Source of the DNA: Chrysomallon squamiferum
Taxonomy: Eukaryota; Animalia; Mollusca
Reading direction: 5' to 3'
DNA length: 64,000 nucleotides
NCBI GenBank assembly: GCA_012295275.1
Contig: CM022667.1
Coordinates: forward strand, 16,678,001 to 16,742,000
The position numbers and the translations under genes are program-made. Each line of letters starts with the position of its first letter. The stretch's first letter is position 1. Shown piece after piece: positions 48,142-61,600 of the stretch. Below the pieces are notes generated by a model, which saw only the letters and a list, made by a program, of their open reading frames with translations, did no database searches and was not told the origin of the DNA.

Positions 48142-48719
48142 CTGTAGAACATAGCTTTAAGAAAGAACGGTCTAAGAAGTATGAAACGAGCAAGATAGCG
48201 AACATTCCAAAGGAAGAGTACTTCTTGATCATAGACCGACTAAAGGAGATCTCTGTTCATCCCAGGAAGGAAACCCACCACTAGTAGATCATTTACTCAG
48301 TCTGTTATGATGTTTCCCAGTTAATTACAGCACTATATGATATCACTAAAAGAAAAATGACTGAAATTCTACATTAACATATAGTTATGATCTTACTAAT
48401 AACACTACTGTGAGAGAAGGATGAAGGATTTTATATTCTATTAAGTTTATTTTCCAAGAGAGAATACACTCTTTAATTTTTATTGAGTAAATTAACCTAA
48501 ATTGTAATTGATTTTATTTCTTTTCAATATTTTGTAAAATTACATATCAATAATCAGATAATCGTATTTGCAGATTACATTATATGTGTATGTGTGTATG
48601 TGTGTATGTATGTATGTATGTATGTATGTATGTATTGATATGCATGTATGTATGTTAGAATACATATGCACGTATTAATAAATACTCTCTTCTTCATTTC
48701 ATATAAATAAGGAATATTC

Positions 48720-49095
48720 ATTTTTCTGTTGTTTGTGACAATGCATTTGTCAGTGGTGATGTTATAGAACTCGGTCTTGCCGGCCTAGTGATGTGCAACA
48801 TAAAGCCATGCCATATTGTGGTTCCCAAGAACCTAAAATACGTTCTTGTGGAGGGCATATACAGTAACCATCATCACTAAAGTATTTCTGTTCTTCTCCA
48901 CGTTACACTTGTCCTGATGGCGTTTTACAGTTACGTTCTATTCAGAATAGGAAGAATAAGAAGGCTGTCACAGTCACAGAGGCCCGCGCGAAGCTTGTAT
49001 GATGTGGTTGTAAAACTTGTGGTGATGTTGTTGAAAATAACAAGACAGACGAATTAAAATTCAAACAAGACTGAGTCACGCATCTGAACAGCCAT
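48720..49095 (-). pseudogene. Compact pseudogene: degenerate E1 directly followed by E3, with no E2
   Basis: ATG at 49095 with an early frameshift and stop. E3 acceptor at 48938-48939, with an in-frame TAA (GQV*RGEEQKYFSDDGYCICPPQ...). Confidence 0.7.
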
Positions 49096-49202
49096 GTCGC
49101 TTTTCTTTTGTCACGTGAGCGACTATTGATAAAACTTAAGTAACAGCTCTAACATTTTATGTTTAATGTTTCTGTGCGGTGAAAACGTTAAATTATTATA
49201 AT

Positions 49203-49402
49203 NNNNNNNNNNNNNNNNNNNNNNNNNNNNNNNNNNNNNNNNNNNNNNNNNNNNNNNNNNNNNNNNNNNNNNNNNNNNNNNNNNNNNNNNNNNNNNNNNN
49301 NNNNNNNNNNNNNNNNNNNNNNNNNNNNNNNNNNNNNNNNNNNNNNNNNNNNNNNNNNNNNNNNNNNNNNNNNNNNNNNNNNNNNNNNNNNNNNNNNNNN
49401 NN
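49203..49402. other. Assembly gap (200 N)
   Basis: Run of N. Confidence 0.99.
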
Positions 49403-50546
49403 CACCCTGAAGGCTAAAATAGCACACCTCAGTAAATATTTGAATATGCAAGTATATCAAAATAATGTACTGCTTATCAGGACGTTAAATTAAAAATAAA
49501 TTTAAAATAACATTACGTGGTATCAGTGCTTACAAGTAGCGACGGTCAGTGTTTACCTCAGATTACCAGCTATTCTCACCCACTGTTTTAGAGATAATAG
49601 CCTAGTTTACTTTGATCAGTCTGATTTCAGATTACCAACTATTATGAAATAATAGGAATTTATTAGAAAGCCACATCAAACTAGCCGTCAATTACTTAAA
49701 ATAGCCGTAAAAACTTACAGTTACCTAAGTCAGCTACAGGGTCTTTTAACATTCCTGTGCCGAGAGTGTTAGGAACTTTAGTAGACATGCAGACATTAGT
49801 CGGTCTCCCAAAACAACGTAGATTATATAATTTTTGAAGAAATTTAACATGTATTACTTATTGAATAGGAGATTGTAGTGTCCGTCACATAAGCTTATCA
49901 GCTGTATATTATGTCACTATTTGTACTTCTTACTTTTTTTATTACTGACAATGTATATCAATAAGCTGTAAAGATTAAGATAATAAAACAATGCATATCA
50001 CACGGCAGGTGAGACTGGGAGATAAAGAATATTGAGAGAGCAGAAAGAATATGTATGCTATGTAACAGATGTCAGATTGAAGATGAGACTGAAAATAACA
50101 AATCGATGTGTAATTCGGGAAAATATTTGTTTAAAGCATTTCAGTGTTCAACAGTTTTGATTAGTTAGATATAATTTAGGTGCTATAATTTATGCGCTAC
50201 ATTATTTTGCATTGTTTATTATTGATATTGTAAATCAGTAATCTGTAAATCTTAGCATAATAAAGAATTGGATTGAACCACTAATTCCTTCACTGAATAG
50301 ATGTAAACAAAGCATAAAACCCATTTGATCCATTGCCTGAAATGGTTTCAGGCAGAATGTCAAACAACACAAACCAAAATCCAGTCATTTGCCTTAATTC
50401 CTGGATATTTTAGTCATTAGGCAAAACTCCTGACGGTCTTGGGCATTAGCCTAAATGTCCAAACATTTCAGGCATAAGGCCAAATGACTAGTTTGACATA
50501 TTGACTGTAACATAATAATAATTACAATAATAATAATAATAATAAT

Positions 50547-50595
<49 letters not shown>

Positions 50596-50598
<3 letters not shown>

Positions 50599-51041
50599 TG
50601 GTATCTTGTCTTACGAATTTAATTCGTTCCATTCATTCGAGCTCATAACTCAATTTGTTTGTATATCAAATCAGTTTTCCCAAATGAAATTAATTGAAAT
50701 ACCATTAAACCACCCCCAAAAAAACCATCCCATGTTTTTGTAACATTTTTAAATAAGAAAAATGTATGTATAAATGACAAATATTGTGCAAAAACAAAAT
50801 AAAAGATAATATAAAGAAATAAATTGGTTTTGTAAACAACAGAGACGCTTCCACGGCAAGGTAACCACGTGAAGCAAACGAGTGAGACACGGGATGCTGG
50901 CCGGATGTTGTGTTGTTCGTTGCGCAAAATACTGGCGGCGCGTCTGAAGCTAGCTCGTAACACAAAGCAAAAACTGGACCGGCCGACTGCAGTAACTCTG
51001 AAAACTAGTAAGTTGGAGCGCTCGTAACTCGAGATACCAAT

Positions 51042-51042
<1 letters not shown>
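50596..51042. mobile_element. Duplicated, shorter copy of the pogo/Tigger-like element at 42961
   Basis: Same TIRs. Lacks about 300 bp present at 43196-43500. Confidence 0.7.
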
Positions 51043-51075
<33 letters not shown>

Positions 51076-52234
51076 GTGTATATAATGTGAGTGTGTCCCT
51101 GTGTGTATATATGTATATATGTATGTGAGAGAGAGAAAGAGCTAAAGAATTACTTTATTTATAAACTCGAAGAGAGAGAGAGATAGTAAAATAAAATTCT
51201 CTGTAAACAAGATATAGCTACATTATCATGCCAGATCATTTACTCAGTCTGTTACGATGTTTCCCAGTTAATTACAGCACTAAATGATGTCACTAAAAGA
51301 AAAATGACAGAGAGTCTACATTAACATAGGTTTATGATTTTACTAATATCACTGATGAGAGAGAAAGATGAAGAATTTAATTCAGTATTAATTATATTTT
51401 CAAAGACAGAATATACTCTTTAATTTTTTATAATTCAAAGTGAACAGTTATACGATAAATTAGCATAAGTTCTAATTCGTTTTATTTCTTTTCAATCACA
51501 TGAAATTAAAAATAAATAATCATCTCTTTGAACCAATAATATATTCAGGTAATCGTTCTGAAGATTAGATTATGTATGTGTGTATGTATGTATGTATTAA
51601 TAAATATTGTTGTGAAGTTGTATAATATTATAATGAATATTCATTATTTTGCACATAAAATTTGTTAAATTAAATGAAAAACGTATTATTTTTTGTTGGT
51701 AACGCCTTTTTTCTAAGTGGTGGTTTTGCACATATCGATGTTGTTGTTGCAGTCGGTTAGGAACACAAAACCACGTTCAACTGTGCTTCCCATGACTGTC
51801 TGCTGTGAGCTTTATAACGTGTTAGCTTCAAATCTATGCATTCCAAAAACCGGTCAGAAGGTCGTGCATAAAGGAAATCTTACTAAAATGGTTCATGACA
51901 TTTCTGCTGTCTGGTTTGTATTCATCAAATAAAAGTACATGCGCATCTCAGGTATCATGCAGATATGTGTACAACTGAGCAACCTAGCAAATTCTTCACG
52001 TGAAAAATCCTTCAGTATACACTAATAATGGCTTCATTGCTACGACAAAAGGCTACACACTGTACTGTTGACTATATCATTGAAAAGTCTTTTTTTACTA
52101 AAACATTTCGTAGAAAATAATCAGGCTGAACGATTAAACGAAACTAAAACGACTTTTTTTGTTGGAACAAATTCTTTACAATACATTATATTTAAATCTG
52201 CTCTTTCTACCTTCCTATTTCTGTCTGAAATCCC

Positions 52235-52320
<86 letters not shown>

Positions 52321-52502
52321 CTACGGCTACTACAACTACAGCTATTACTACTATTAACATCATCATTAGTATCATTACTATGATGTTGTACATTACTGAC
52401 ATTATTGAGGCTGTAGTTACTATCAGTGTTGCTGTGCTGGATTCTGATGATAACACTGATGCACCAACAACAGCAATAGTATCAGTAATCAGTATACATT
52501 AC

Positions 52503-52581
52503 CTTGAGTTGTTGGCATTGACAAGGCAGACGAAATAATAAAATTCAAACAGAAGAAGGAGAAGAGCATGTGAACAGCCAC
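52503..52581 (-). pseudogene. Orphan E1 exon. The first ATG is changed to GTG, while a second in-frame ATG at 52569 is intact.
   Basis: (V)AVHMLFSFFCLNFIISSALSMPTTQ G|GTAATG. No E2 follows, only an E3 tail remnant at about 51712-51795. Confidence 0.6.
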
Positions 52582-53233
52582 GTCGTTGCTTTTCGCTTGT
52601 AACGGGAGTTAGTATTGATAACATTTAAATAACAATTTCCATATGCGCTGTTTGATTCCTCTGTTATAAGCTAAGTATGTATAGAAAAAACAGGTGATGT
52701 GTAATACTGACGGTGGATCGTACCATAAGTGAAATATAGAAATTGAAATAATAAGGGTTAATCATGTCTATCATTTAATCTCAGTCTTCTGATTTTAAAT
52801 GTTTCCGTTAACCCACATGTGTGTTACAATTTTGTCCAAGTTCATTGCAGCACAAAATAATGTTACTAAAAGAAAAATTACTGATGGTCTCCACGTCTAC
52901 ACTAATATAGGTTCATGATCTTAATAATAACACTGATGAGAGAGGACCATGAAGGATTTTATTCGATATGATTTTAGTTCTTTTCAGTCTTTCGAAAAAT
53001 AAAATATAAATAACCATGTTCTTGAGCCAGTTATATATTCACCTAATCGTATCTGCAGATCAGATTATGCATGTATGTACGAATGTGTGTGTATTAATAT
53101 ATGGTAGAGTATATACGCACCCATTAATAACTATTTGTATACAGCTGTCCATTATTTCATATAACATCATAAAGAATATTCATTATTTAGCTACTAAATA
53201 TTTCTTATGTCAAAAGAAAAAAAATTCTGTTGT

Positions 53234-53454
53234 TTATGAGAACGCTGTTGTAGTTGGTGTTATAGATATCGGTGGTGATGTTGCAGAACTCGGTGGCATT
53301 CCAGTGGGTGCTGAACACAAAGCCACCCCATATTCTGGTCGCCATGAATCAATAACTTGTTCTTGTGGTGGACATTTACAGTAACCATCATCACTAAAGT
53401 ATTTCTGTTCTTCTCCATGTAACACGTGTCCTGATGGCGTTTTACAGTTACGTT
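53234..53454 (-). CDS. E3 (terminal exon) of the intact gene 53234-54752
   Basis: ERNCKTPSGHVLHGEEQKYFSDDGYCKCPPQEQVIDSWRPEYGVALCSAPTGMPPSSATSPPISITPTTTAFS*, 221 nt. Confidence 0.85.
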
Positions 53455-53456
53455 CT

Positions 53457-53512
<56 letters not shown>

Positions 53513-54162
53513 TACAATAATAACAATAATATTTTTTATTATCTACTCTAGTATTATAACAATTTCTACAAGTACTACTACAATAAATACTCCTACTGTT
53601 TTTACTAATAATAGTAATATGGTACTACTACTACTACCACTACTATAACAACTACTACACCAAATACTACTGCTAATTATGATACCAACACATTTGTTAT
53701 TGCTAATTCTTTCGCAATTATATTTACGACATTACTGGTTGCACTGATTTTACTATTGCATCAACTCTTCCACGTCAATATTTTCTTAGTCTTCATTACT
53801 GGCTGTTACTATTACTCTTGCCACTATAAAATCACCACCAATAACAGCTACTACTACTTCTACTTCTGCTACTACTACCAATACTACTATCACTTCTACT
53901 ACTAATTCTACTACTACTAATACTACTCGATCTACTACTACAACAACTACTACAACTAATAACAAAAAAAGCATTATTATTATTAATCCGACCATTAATG
54001 CTAACAGTAACCCTACAACTACCAAAACTAATTGCTCCGACTACCTCTAGTAATACAAGTAATAATAATAATACTACGATTACTACTATTAACGAGACTA
54101 CAAATTAGAGGTTTATTTCTTCAGCTACTGTTGGTATAAGGAGATACCGAAATGTTGTCTAC

Positions 54163-54399
54163 CTTGACATATGTATTTTCCACAGGCATCAGGTCCTTCA
54201 GGATCGAAACACATTAGGTCTACATAATCAACGACTATACAAATAATCTGTAATTCAGATGAAGAATCATAACTAGGCTGACAACGACACTCGTACGCAC
54301 AAGATTTATATGATGGAACGATTTGTCCAGGTCCGTTGATTTCTCCATTGTAAGAGCAGTGAGGCGGTTGTGGAGGTGTGGTTGTCGGTGACGGCAGCT
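54163..54399 (-). CDS. E2 VWC-like exon of the intact gene
   Basis: 237 nt. ELPSPTTTPPQPPHCSYNGEINGPGQIVPSYKSCAYECRCQPSYDSSSELQIICIVVDYVDLMCFDPEGPDACGKYICQ. Missing from the supplied ORF track. Confidence 0.85.
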
Positions 54400-54420
54400 C
54401 TGTGAAACAATAAGTAAAAC

Positions 54421-54473
<53 letters not shown>

Positions 54474-54679
54474 TAATAATGATAATAATAATAATAATAA
54501 CGATAATAATAATAATAATAATGATAATAATAATAATAATAATAATAATAGCAACAAAAACAACAATAATAATAATAATAATAGTAATGATAGTAACCAT
54601 AACAATAACAATAACAATGATGATGATAACAACAATAACAGTAACAATACCTGTTATAATAATAATAACTACAAATTAC

Positions 54680-54752
54680 CTGTAGTAGTTGGCACTGATA
54701 AGACCAAAGAAATTATAAAAGTCACACAGACGAAGATCACGTGAACAGCCAT
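54680..54752 (-). CDS. E1 signal exon of the intact gene (MAVHVIFVCVTFIISLVLSVPTTT). The spliced CDS is 531 nt, a 176-aa secreted Cys-rich protein.
   Basis: 73+237+221 nt joins without stops through canonical GT-AG phase-1 introns. Confidence 0.85.
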
Positions 54753-54975
54753 GTTGTCGCTTTTCGTTTCTGACGTGACTCAGTATTCATGGCGTTTAAA
54801 TAACAGTTTCCACATGCGCAGTTTGATGCCTCTGTTTGATAAATTGGTTAAGAATGTTTAGAAAAGACTGGTGATATGTAATGCTGACGGTGAATCGCAT
54901 CACTAGTAAAATCTAGAGATTATCATGTCTGTCAGTCTCCGTCTCTCAGTTTTAAAATCTCCGTCTCTCAGTTTT

Positions 54976-55099
<124 letters not shown>

Positions 55100-58000
55100 G
55101 ATCTGGCCATTGATGTATATGTTTTCTTCTTTGGAAAAGGTATTTTGTCACCGTCCACTTAGAAAGGGAGTTACTTTTTACTATAATATTTAATTTTAAA
55201 CTTGACAGTTTTACACGAACTTCTACCGGTTTCCTTTAACTTTTGAATGCTGTACAACAGATACCATTAGATTCTTTCGTCCCTAAAAATCGAACAAGCA
55301 GAACTGAGAATTTCTTCTTTTTTCATTTTTTTTCTTCTGTTTTGTAAACATTTATTTCATCTTATTATGTGAATTCATTCACAGAAAAGTAGCCATATGT
55401 TTATATATTACAGTCAATATGGCAAACTGGTCGCTTGACCTAATGCCTGAAATATATAGGCATTTAGCCTAATGACCAAGACCGTCAGGAGTTGGGCCTA
55501 ATGACTAAAATTTCAAGGAATTAGGACAAATGACTGGAGTTTGGTTCCTGCTGTTTGACATTCTTCCTGGTAGCATTTCAGGCAATCAGCCAAACGGGTT
55601 TTATGCTTTGTTTATATCTGCTCATTGAAGGGATCAGTGGTTCAATTCAATTTTTGTTAGCGTAGGCTTTACAGGTTATTGATATATAATGTCAGTAATA
55701 AAAGATGCAAATACAAATAATAAAGCACATAAATTATATTTAACTAATCAAAACGTTTCTGCACTGAAATGCTTTAAACAAATACTTTCCCAAATTACAC
55801 AGTGATTTCTTATTTTCAATCTCGTCTTCAATCTCACTATTGTTACGTAACATACATATTCTTTGTGCTCTCTCTCAATATTCCTGTATCTCACAATCTC
55901 ATTTGCTAGCTGATGTGCAATGTTTTACTATCGTAAGCTTTACAGCTTATTGATATACAATGTTAATAATAAAAAATGCAAGAAATACAAATACTCACAT
56001 AATATACATATTGACATACTATACAGCTGATGTATAGACAGCCTCACTTTTCTTAAATAAAATTGAATTGATAAATCATCTCTAATGTATTTATATAAAT
56101 TGTAACATTTCACATATGTATTTAACTCGAATGAAAGATTCTGCCTTGCTTGAAGAACACTTTTCATTAGTCTGGTCCTGCTCTATCCATATGTGTCCTG
56201 TGACTGAAACAACTCTTAATAATTATATAAGCTAAGTGTGACGGAGACAACAGACTCCTCTTTAATATGTAATTGATGTTAGACTTCCTGAAAAAGTATC
56301 TAAGCTGTGTTGTTTTCTGGGATGCACTAGTGTCTGCATGTCTACTAAAGTTCCAAACAGTCTCGGCACGATCCTGATATAGGAATGTTAAAAGACCCTC
56401 TATGTGGTCTTTCCTAGGCAATAAAAGCATATGTTGCATTTTTTGGTAGGAGTAATCAGTTTTACACCGTAAAATATATATATTGAAGTAGTATAACCAT
56501 TATTTGAGAATAGTTGATAATCTGAGATGAGAATGATCAAACTAAACTTTAGGCTATTATCTCTAAAGTAGTTGGTGAGAATAGCTGGTAATCTGAGGTA
56601 AACTCTGACCATCAGTAATTGTAAACACTGATACCACAATGGTGTTATTGACAACTGATTGTGATGTCAACGTCCTGTTAACCAGGAAGTTATTTTCATA
56701 TACTTGCATATTCTAATACTTACTGAAGTGTGCTATTTTACCTTCAGGGATAAACAGGTTTAATATCCTCCATATTTTCACTTATGTGGTGAGAGTAATT
56801 TTGTGCCATTGTAAGCTAACTGTAAATAACTATTATTAGATCATATAATATGTATATTCTTAAAATCTAAACTACTGTTGTTGTGTTTCTGGTGGTTTAA
56901 CGTTTACATATATGATCTTGTTCCCCGAATACCCTTAGAACCGAGCCAAATCGAGTAGCTATCTACCCGATACAGGAGATATGTATGTATTGTCAGTGCT
57001 ATTTCTCAGGAAGAGTGTTTCACCAGTTTCGGGTTCTAATTTGACTTCGTGATGACAGTGCTAATTACGGGTCACATGCGACTGCGTTTGGTGCCCCGTG
57101 ACATATCTCAATCCCAATTCATATAAAGTTTTCCTAATAAAAGTCACCCAATTATTTTTCTATAATATAAAATACAATTTTTGGTATTAATTAATTTCAG
57201 CCACTATTTAATCATTCGATATGTACGCTCATAAACTATAGGGAATCTTCTCAGTTCAAAATAGACCATAATATTTGTGGTTCACCCTTTAACATTTAAA
57301 ATATTTTTACAAAAATCTAAGTGAATTTTCTCAATAACATCTGCGATTTGAAAACCCCGTATGTCACTTCAGTAAAAGAGCACACTAGTAATATATGTAT
57401 CAAACAGTAACAATAGAGAAATATAATTTGAAGACATAGTATTTACACTCTGTGTTGCCTTATTGTTGTGTTATTCTAACATCAAAGAACAAAATAGATG
57501 GTGGGGATTACTGGTAGTGTTATTTTTGCATCAAAGACCAATGATTTCAATACCAACAGTCATAGGGGTTTAAAGTTTTGCTTAGAACTGTTTATTGCAC
57601 GGATTAGTGGTTATAGTATTCGTACATCAAAGACCAGTTATATGATAGGGATTAGTAGTAGTGTCATTGTTACATCAAAGTGTTGATAGGTGATATGAAA
57701 TAGGGTAGACCCTCGAATGCTACACGTCCTATTGAAACAGGACGATAGCCTAATATTCTACGAGAAAATAGAAAATGTCATATTTGTAATGTTAACAAAA
57801 GTGGAGATGAATATCACTATATATCTGAATGTAATGATCCTATGTTATTACACCAGATAAATACGAGACATCAAAATATAATTTCATATAATAATTTACA
57901 GTAAAAAATATTTATATTTAAAAAGCTATGGTCGATAATAAGATGTATATGTGAGAGAGCGTGTCCTCCACGTTAAACTCCAACGCATGTGCATTTTAAT

Positions 58001-58129
58001 TCGTTATTATATATCTGTAATACATTCTTCTCTGTACTGTAATCCTACAGTTTATGAGAGTACAGTCACTGTCACTGTCATAGATCACATTAAGATCATT
58101 TATGTCTGGGTATGGAGTTTCCTCTAGAG

Positions 58130-58957
58130 GAGAGGTGGGCAAACTACAGTATCGGGGCAAATCCGGCCCACGATATCATTTTATCCGGCCCGCCAGAAAT
58201 TTTCACGAATAGTAAACCTGGAATGGAATGGAAAAAAATTAACGTGCTAATCAGAGCAAGCTGTTGTGAAGCACTATAGTAAACCTATAACATTTTTAAA
58301 TTTGTAGTCTTCATTTATCAGATTTTTTTCCCCTGCGATACTTAACTGGTACCACCAGGTGGCGCATTGCAACTAGACTGGGCCTTTCTTCGCCGCAGAC
58401 TAGAGGTGGCAATTATGATTGGCACATTCAAACCGTCACGTGACGTTTGCTGTGAACTCCATCGACAAACAGTTGAAAAACAAGAGAAACTGTGATTGAA
58501 CCTACGTATCGAAACGGGGCGTGTCGATGTGTATATCCACCACATTGGATACGCATTGCCATCTCTACCTCCAACTCTACCATCATCCTACATAACAAAA
58601 TGAGCGTGCAAAAAAAGCGGAAGATTGACAGAGAGTGTCGGTTTTCAAAAAAGAAAGGACTACAAAATATTTGTTAATTGAAATTCGATCAAAGGCCGTG
58701 TGTTACATTTGTCATGTGTATTTTTTATGCTTTCCGCTGGGCACCCTCAGCAACACTGTTCCCATTAAATCCATCAGCGGTGAGTTGTTTGTATGTAACA
58801 ATACATTTGTTGATTAAAAAACAGAAAAAAGAAATAGAGTGCATGTGTATTTTTTATGCTTTATGGTCGTTTCTTTTCCACCTCATAATGTTGTGGCCCA
58901 CTTGTCAGTTTCAAAAACTCAATGTGGCCCTTGAGCCAAAAGGTTTGCCCACCGCTG
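58130..58957 (+). mobile_element. Duplicated hAT (Charlie/Buster-like) element
   Basis: Same TIRs, TSD and flanks as 47374-48141. Confidence 0.85.
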
Positions 58958-59589
58958 CTGTAGAACATAGCTTTAAGAAAGAACGGTCGAAGAAGTATGA
59001 AACGAGCAAGAGAGCGAACATTCCAAAGTAAGAGTACTTCTTGATCATAGACCGACTAAAGGAGATCTCTGTTCATCCCAGGAAGGAAACCCACCACTAG
59101 TAGATCATTTACTCAGTCTGTTACGATACTTCCCAGTTAATTACAGCACTAAATGATGTCACTAACATAAAAATGACCGAGAATCTACATTAACATAGAG
59201 TTATGATCTTACTAATAACACTACTGTGAGAGAAGGATGAAGGATTTTATATTCTATTAAGTTTATTTTCCAAGAGAGAATATACTCTTTAATTTTTATT
59301 GAGTAAATTAACCTAAATTGTAATTTTATTTCTTTTCAATATTTTGTAAAATTACATATCAATAATCACGTCCTTGAGCCAATCATATATTCAGATAATC
59401 GTATTTGCAGATTAGAATACGTATGTATGTATGTATCTATATGCATGTATGTAGTATATATGTATGTATGTATGTTAGAGTACATATGCACGTATTAATA
59501 AATACTCTCTCCTTTTTTCATATAAATAATGAATATTCATTATTTAGATAGAAAATATTTCTTACATCAAATGAAAAATTCCTTTTTCT

Positions 59590-59824
59590 GTTCTTTGTGG
59601 CACTGCATTTGTCAGTGGTGATGTTATAGAACTCGGTCTTGCCGGCCTAGTGATGTGCAACATAACGCCATGCCATATTGTGGTTCCCAAGAAACTAAAA
59701 TGTCTACTTGTGGAGGACATATACAGTAACCATCATCACTAAAGTTTTTCTGTTCTCATCCATCTTACACGTGTCCTGTTACCGTTTTACAGTTTAATAA
59801 TAATAATAATAATAATAAATAATA

Positions 59825-59860
<36 letters not shown>

Positions 59861-60017
59861 TCAGATTAGGAAGAATAAGAATGCTCTCACAGTCACAGAG
59901 GCCCGCGCGAAGCTTGTATGATCTGGTTGTAAAACTTGTGGTGATGTTGTTGAAAATAACAAGACAGACGAAATAATAAAATTCAAACAAGACTGAGTCA
60001 CGCATCTGAACAACCAT
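59590..60017 (-). pseudogene. Duplicate of the compact E1-E3 pseudogene, with the E3 acceptor deleted
   Basis: Collinear with 48720-49095. Confidence 0.7.
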
Positions 60018-60225
60018 GTCGCTTTTCTTTTGTGACGTGAGCGAGTATTGATAAAACTTAAGTAACAGCTCTAACATTTCATGTTTAATGTTTCTGTACG
60101 GTAAAAACGTTAAATAATTATAATGAAGATTAGTGTGGTCTCTTATAACGACAGAGGATTCTGAACTAAATACAGAAACCGTAATAACAAGAATTCATCT
60201 TATCTCTCAATTTCCTTTGACAAAG

Positions 60226-60348
<123 letters not shown>

Positions 60349-60931
60349 TCAGTATTCAAACATTTATGGACAAGATGTATTTCTTTATAATACTTAATTT
60401 CAAACGACAGTTTGTGTGTATATATATTTGTGAGTGTGACTTATAAAACTCACTATAAACAAATGCATCTACAAATGCTTCGAAATCATTTACTCAGTCT
60501 GTTACGATCATTTCCCAGGTAATTGCAGCACTAAGTAATGTCACTAACAGAAAAATCACTGACAGTCTACACTAACAGAGATTATGATCTTACTAATAAG
60601 ACTAATTAGAAAGAAAGATGAAGAATTTTTATTCAGTATTAATTATATTTTCCTAGAAATAATATAATCTTTAATTTGTACTAACTCAGATGTACCATTA
60701 TATAGTAACTTAGCATAAATTTAATTGATTTTATTTTTTATTTTTTTCAATGTTTTGTACAATTTATTATAAATAACCATGTCCTTGAGCCAATCATATA
60801 TTCAGGTAATCGTATCTGCAGATTAGAATATATATGTATGTATATATGAATGTATCTATCTATATATTTATGCATATATCTATGTTAGAGTAGATATGCA
60901 CTTATTAATAAATATTTATCTGTTCATTATT

Positions 60932-61101
60932 TCATAATGGTGGCGTTGTAGTGGGTCCGGAACACAAAGCCTCGCCAAATCGTGGTTCCCACCGACCAAA
61001 ACCTTTTACTTGCGGTGGACATTTGCAGTGACCATCATCACTAAAGTATTTCTGTTCATCTCCACGTAACACGTGTCCTGATGGCGTTTTACAATTACGT
61101 T
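60932..61101 (-). CDS. E3 of the rightmost gene, with a short tail
   Basis: ERNCKTPSGHVLRGDEQKYFSDDGHCKCPPQVKGFGRWEPRFGEALCSGPTTTPPL*, all 4 Cys present. Confidence 0.8.
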
Positions 61102-61130
61102 CTGTAATAATAATAATAGTAATAACAATA

Positions 61131-61189
<59 letters not shown>

Positions 61190-61600
61190 TAATAATAATA
61201 ATCTTCCTTTTTATTGTATACTCTAGTATTATAAAAGCTTATTCTACTTCTCCTACTATAATTATTTTTACTAATAATATTAATACTGTAACCACTACTA
61301 CTACTGTAACAACTATTACTACTACTACTACTACCACTTCTACTACTAATTCAACTACTACTATTACTATTCGAGCTACTACTACAACTGCTATCACTAA
61401 TAATAAGAATAGCATTATTATTACTAATTCTACCATTAAAGGTAATAGTAAGCCTACAACTACTAAAACTAACTGTTCCACCTACCACTAATAATACTAC
61501 TACTAGTAATACAACTACGATCACTACTACTAACGAGACTACTAATAATTAGACTTCGTCTACTGCTGTTCGTATAAGGAGATTCTGAAAAGTTGTCTAC

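Noticed and set aside
47688-48284. 198-aa ORF as a host gene
   Set aside because: Chimeric read-through across a deleted hAT transposase remnant and its flank. It is broken in the duplicate at 58492-59031.
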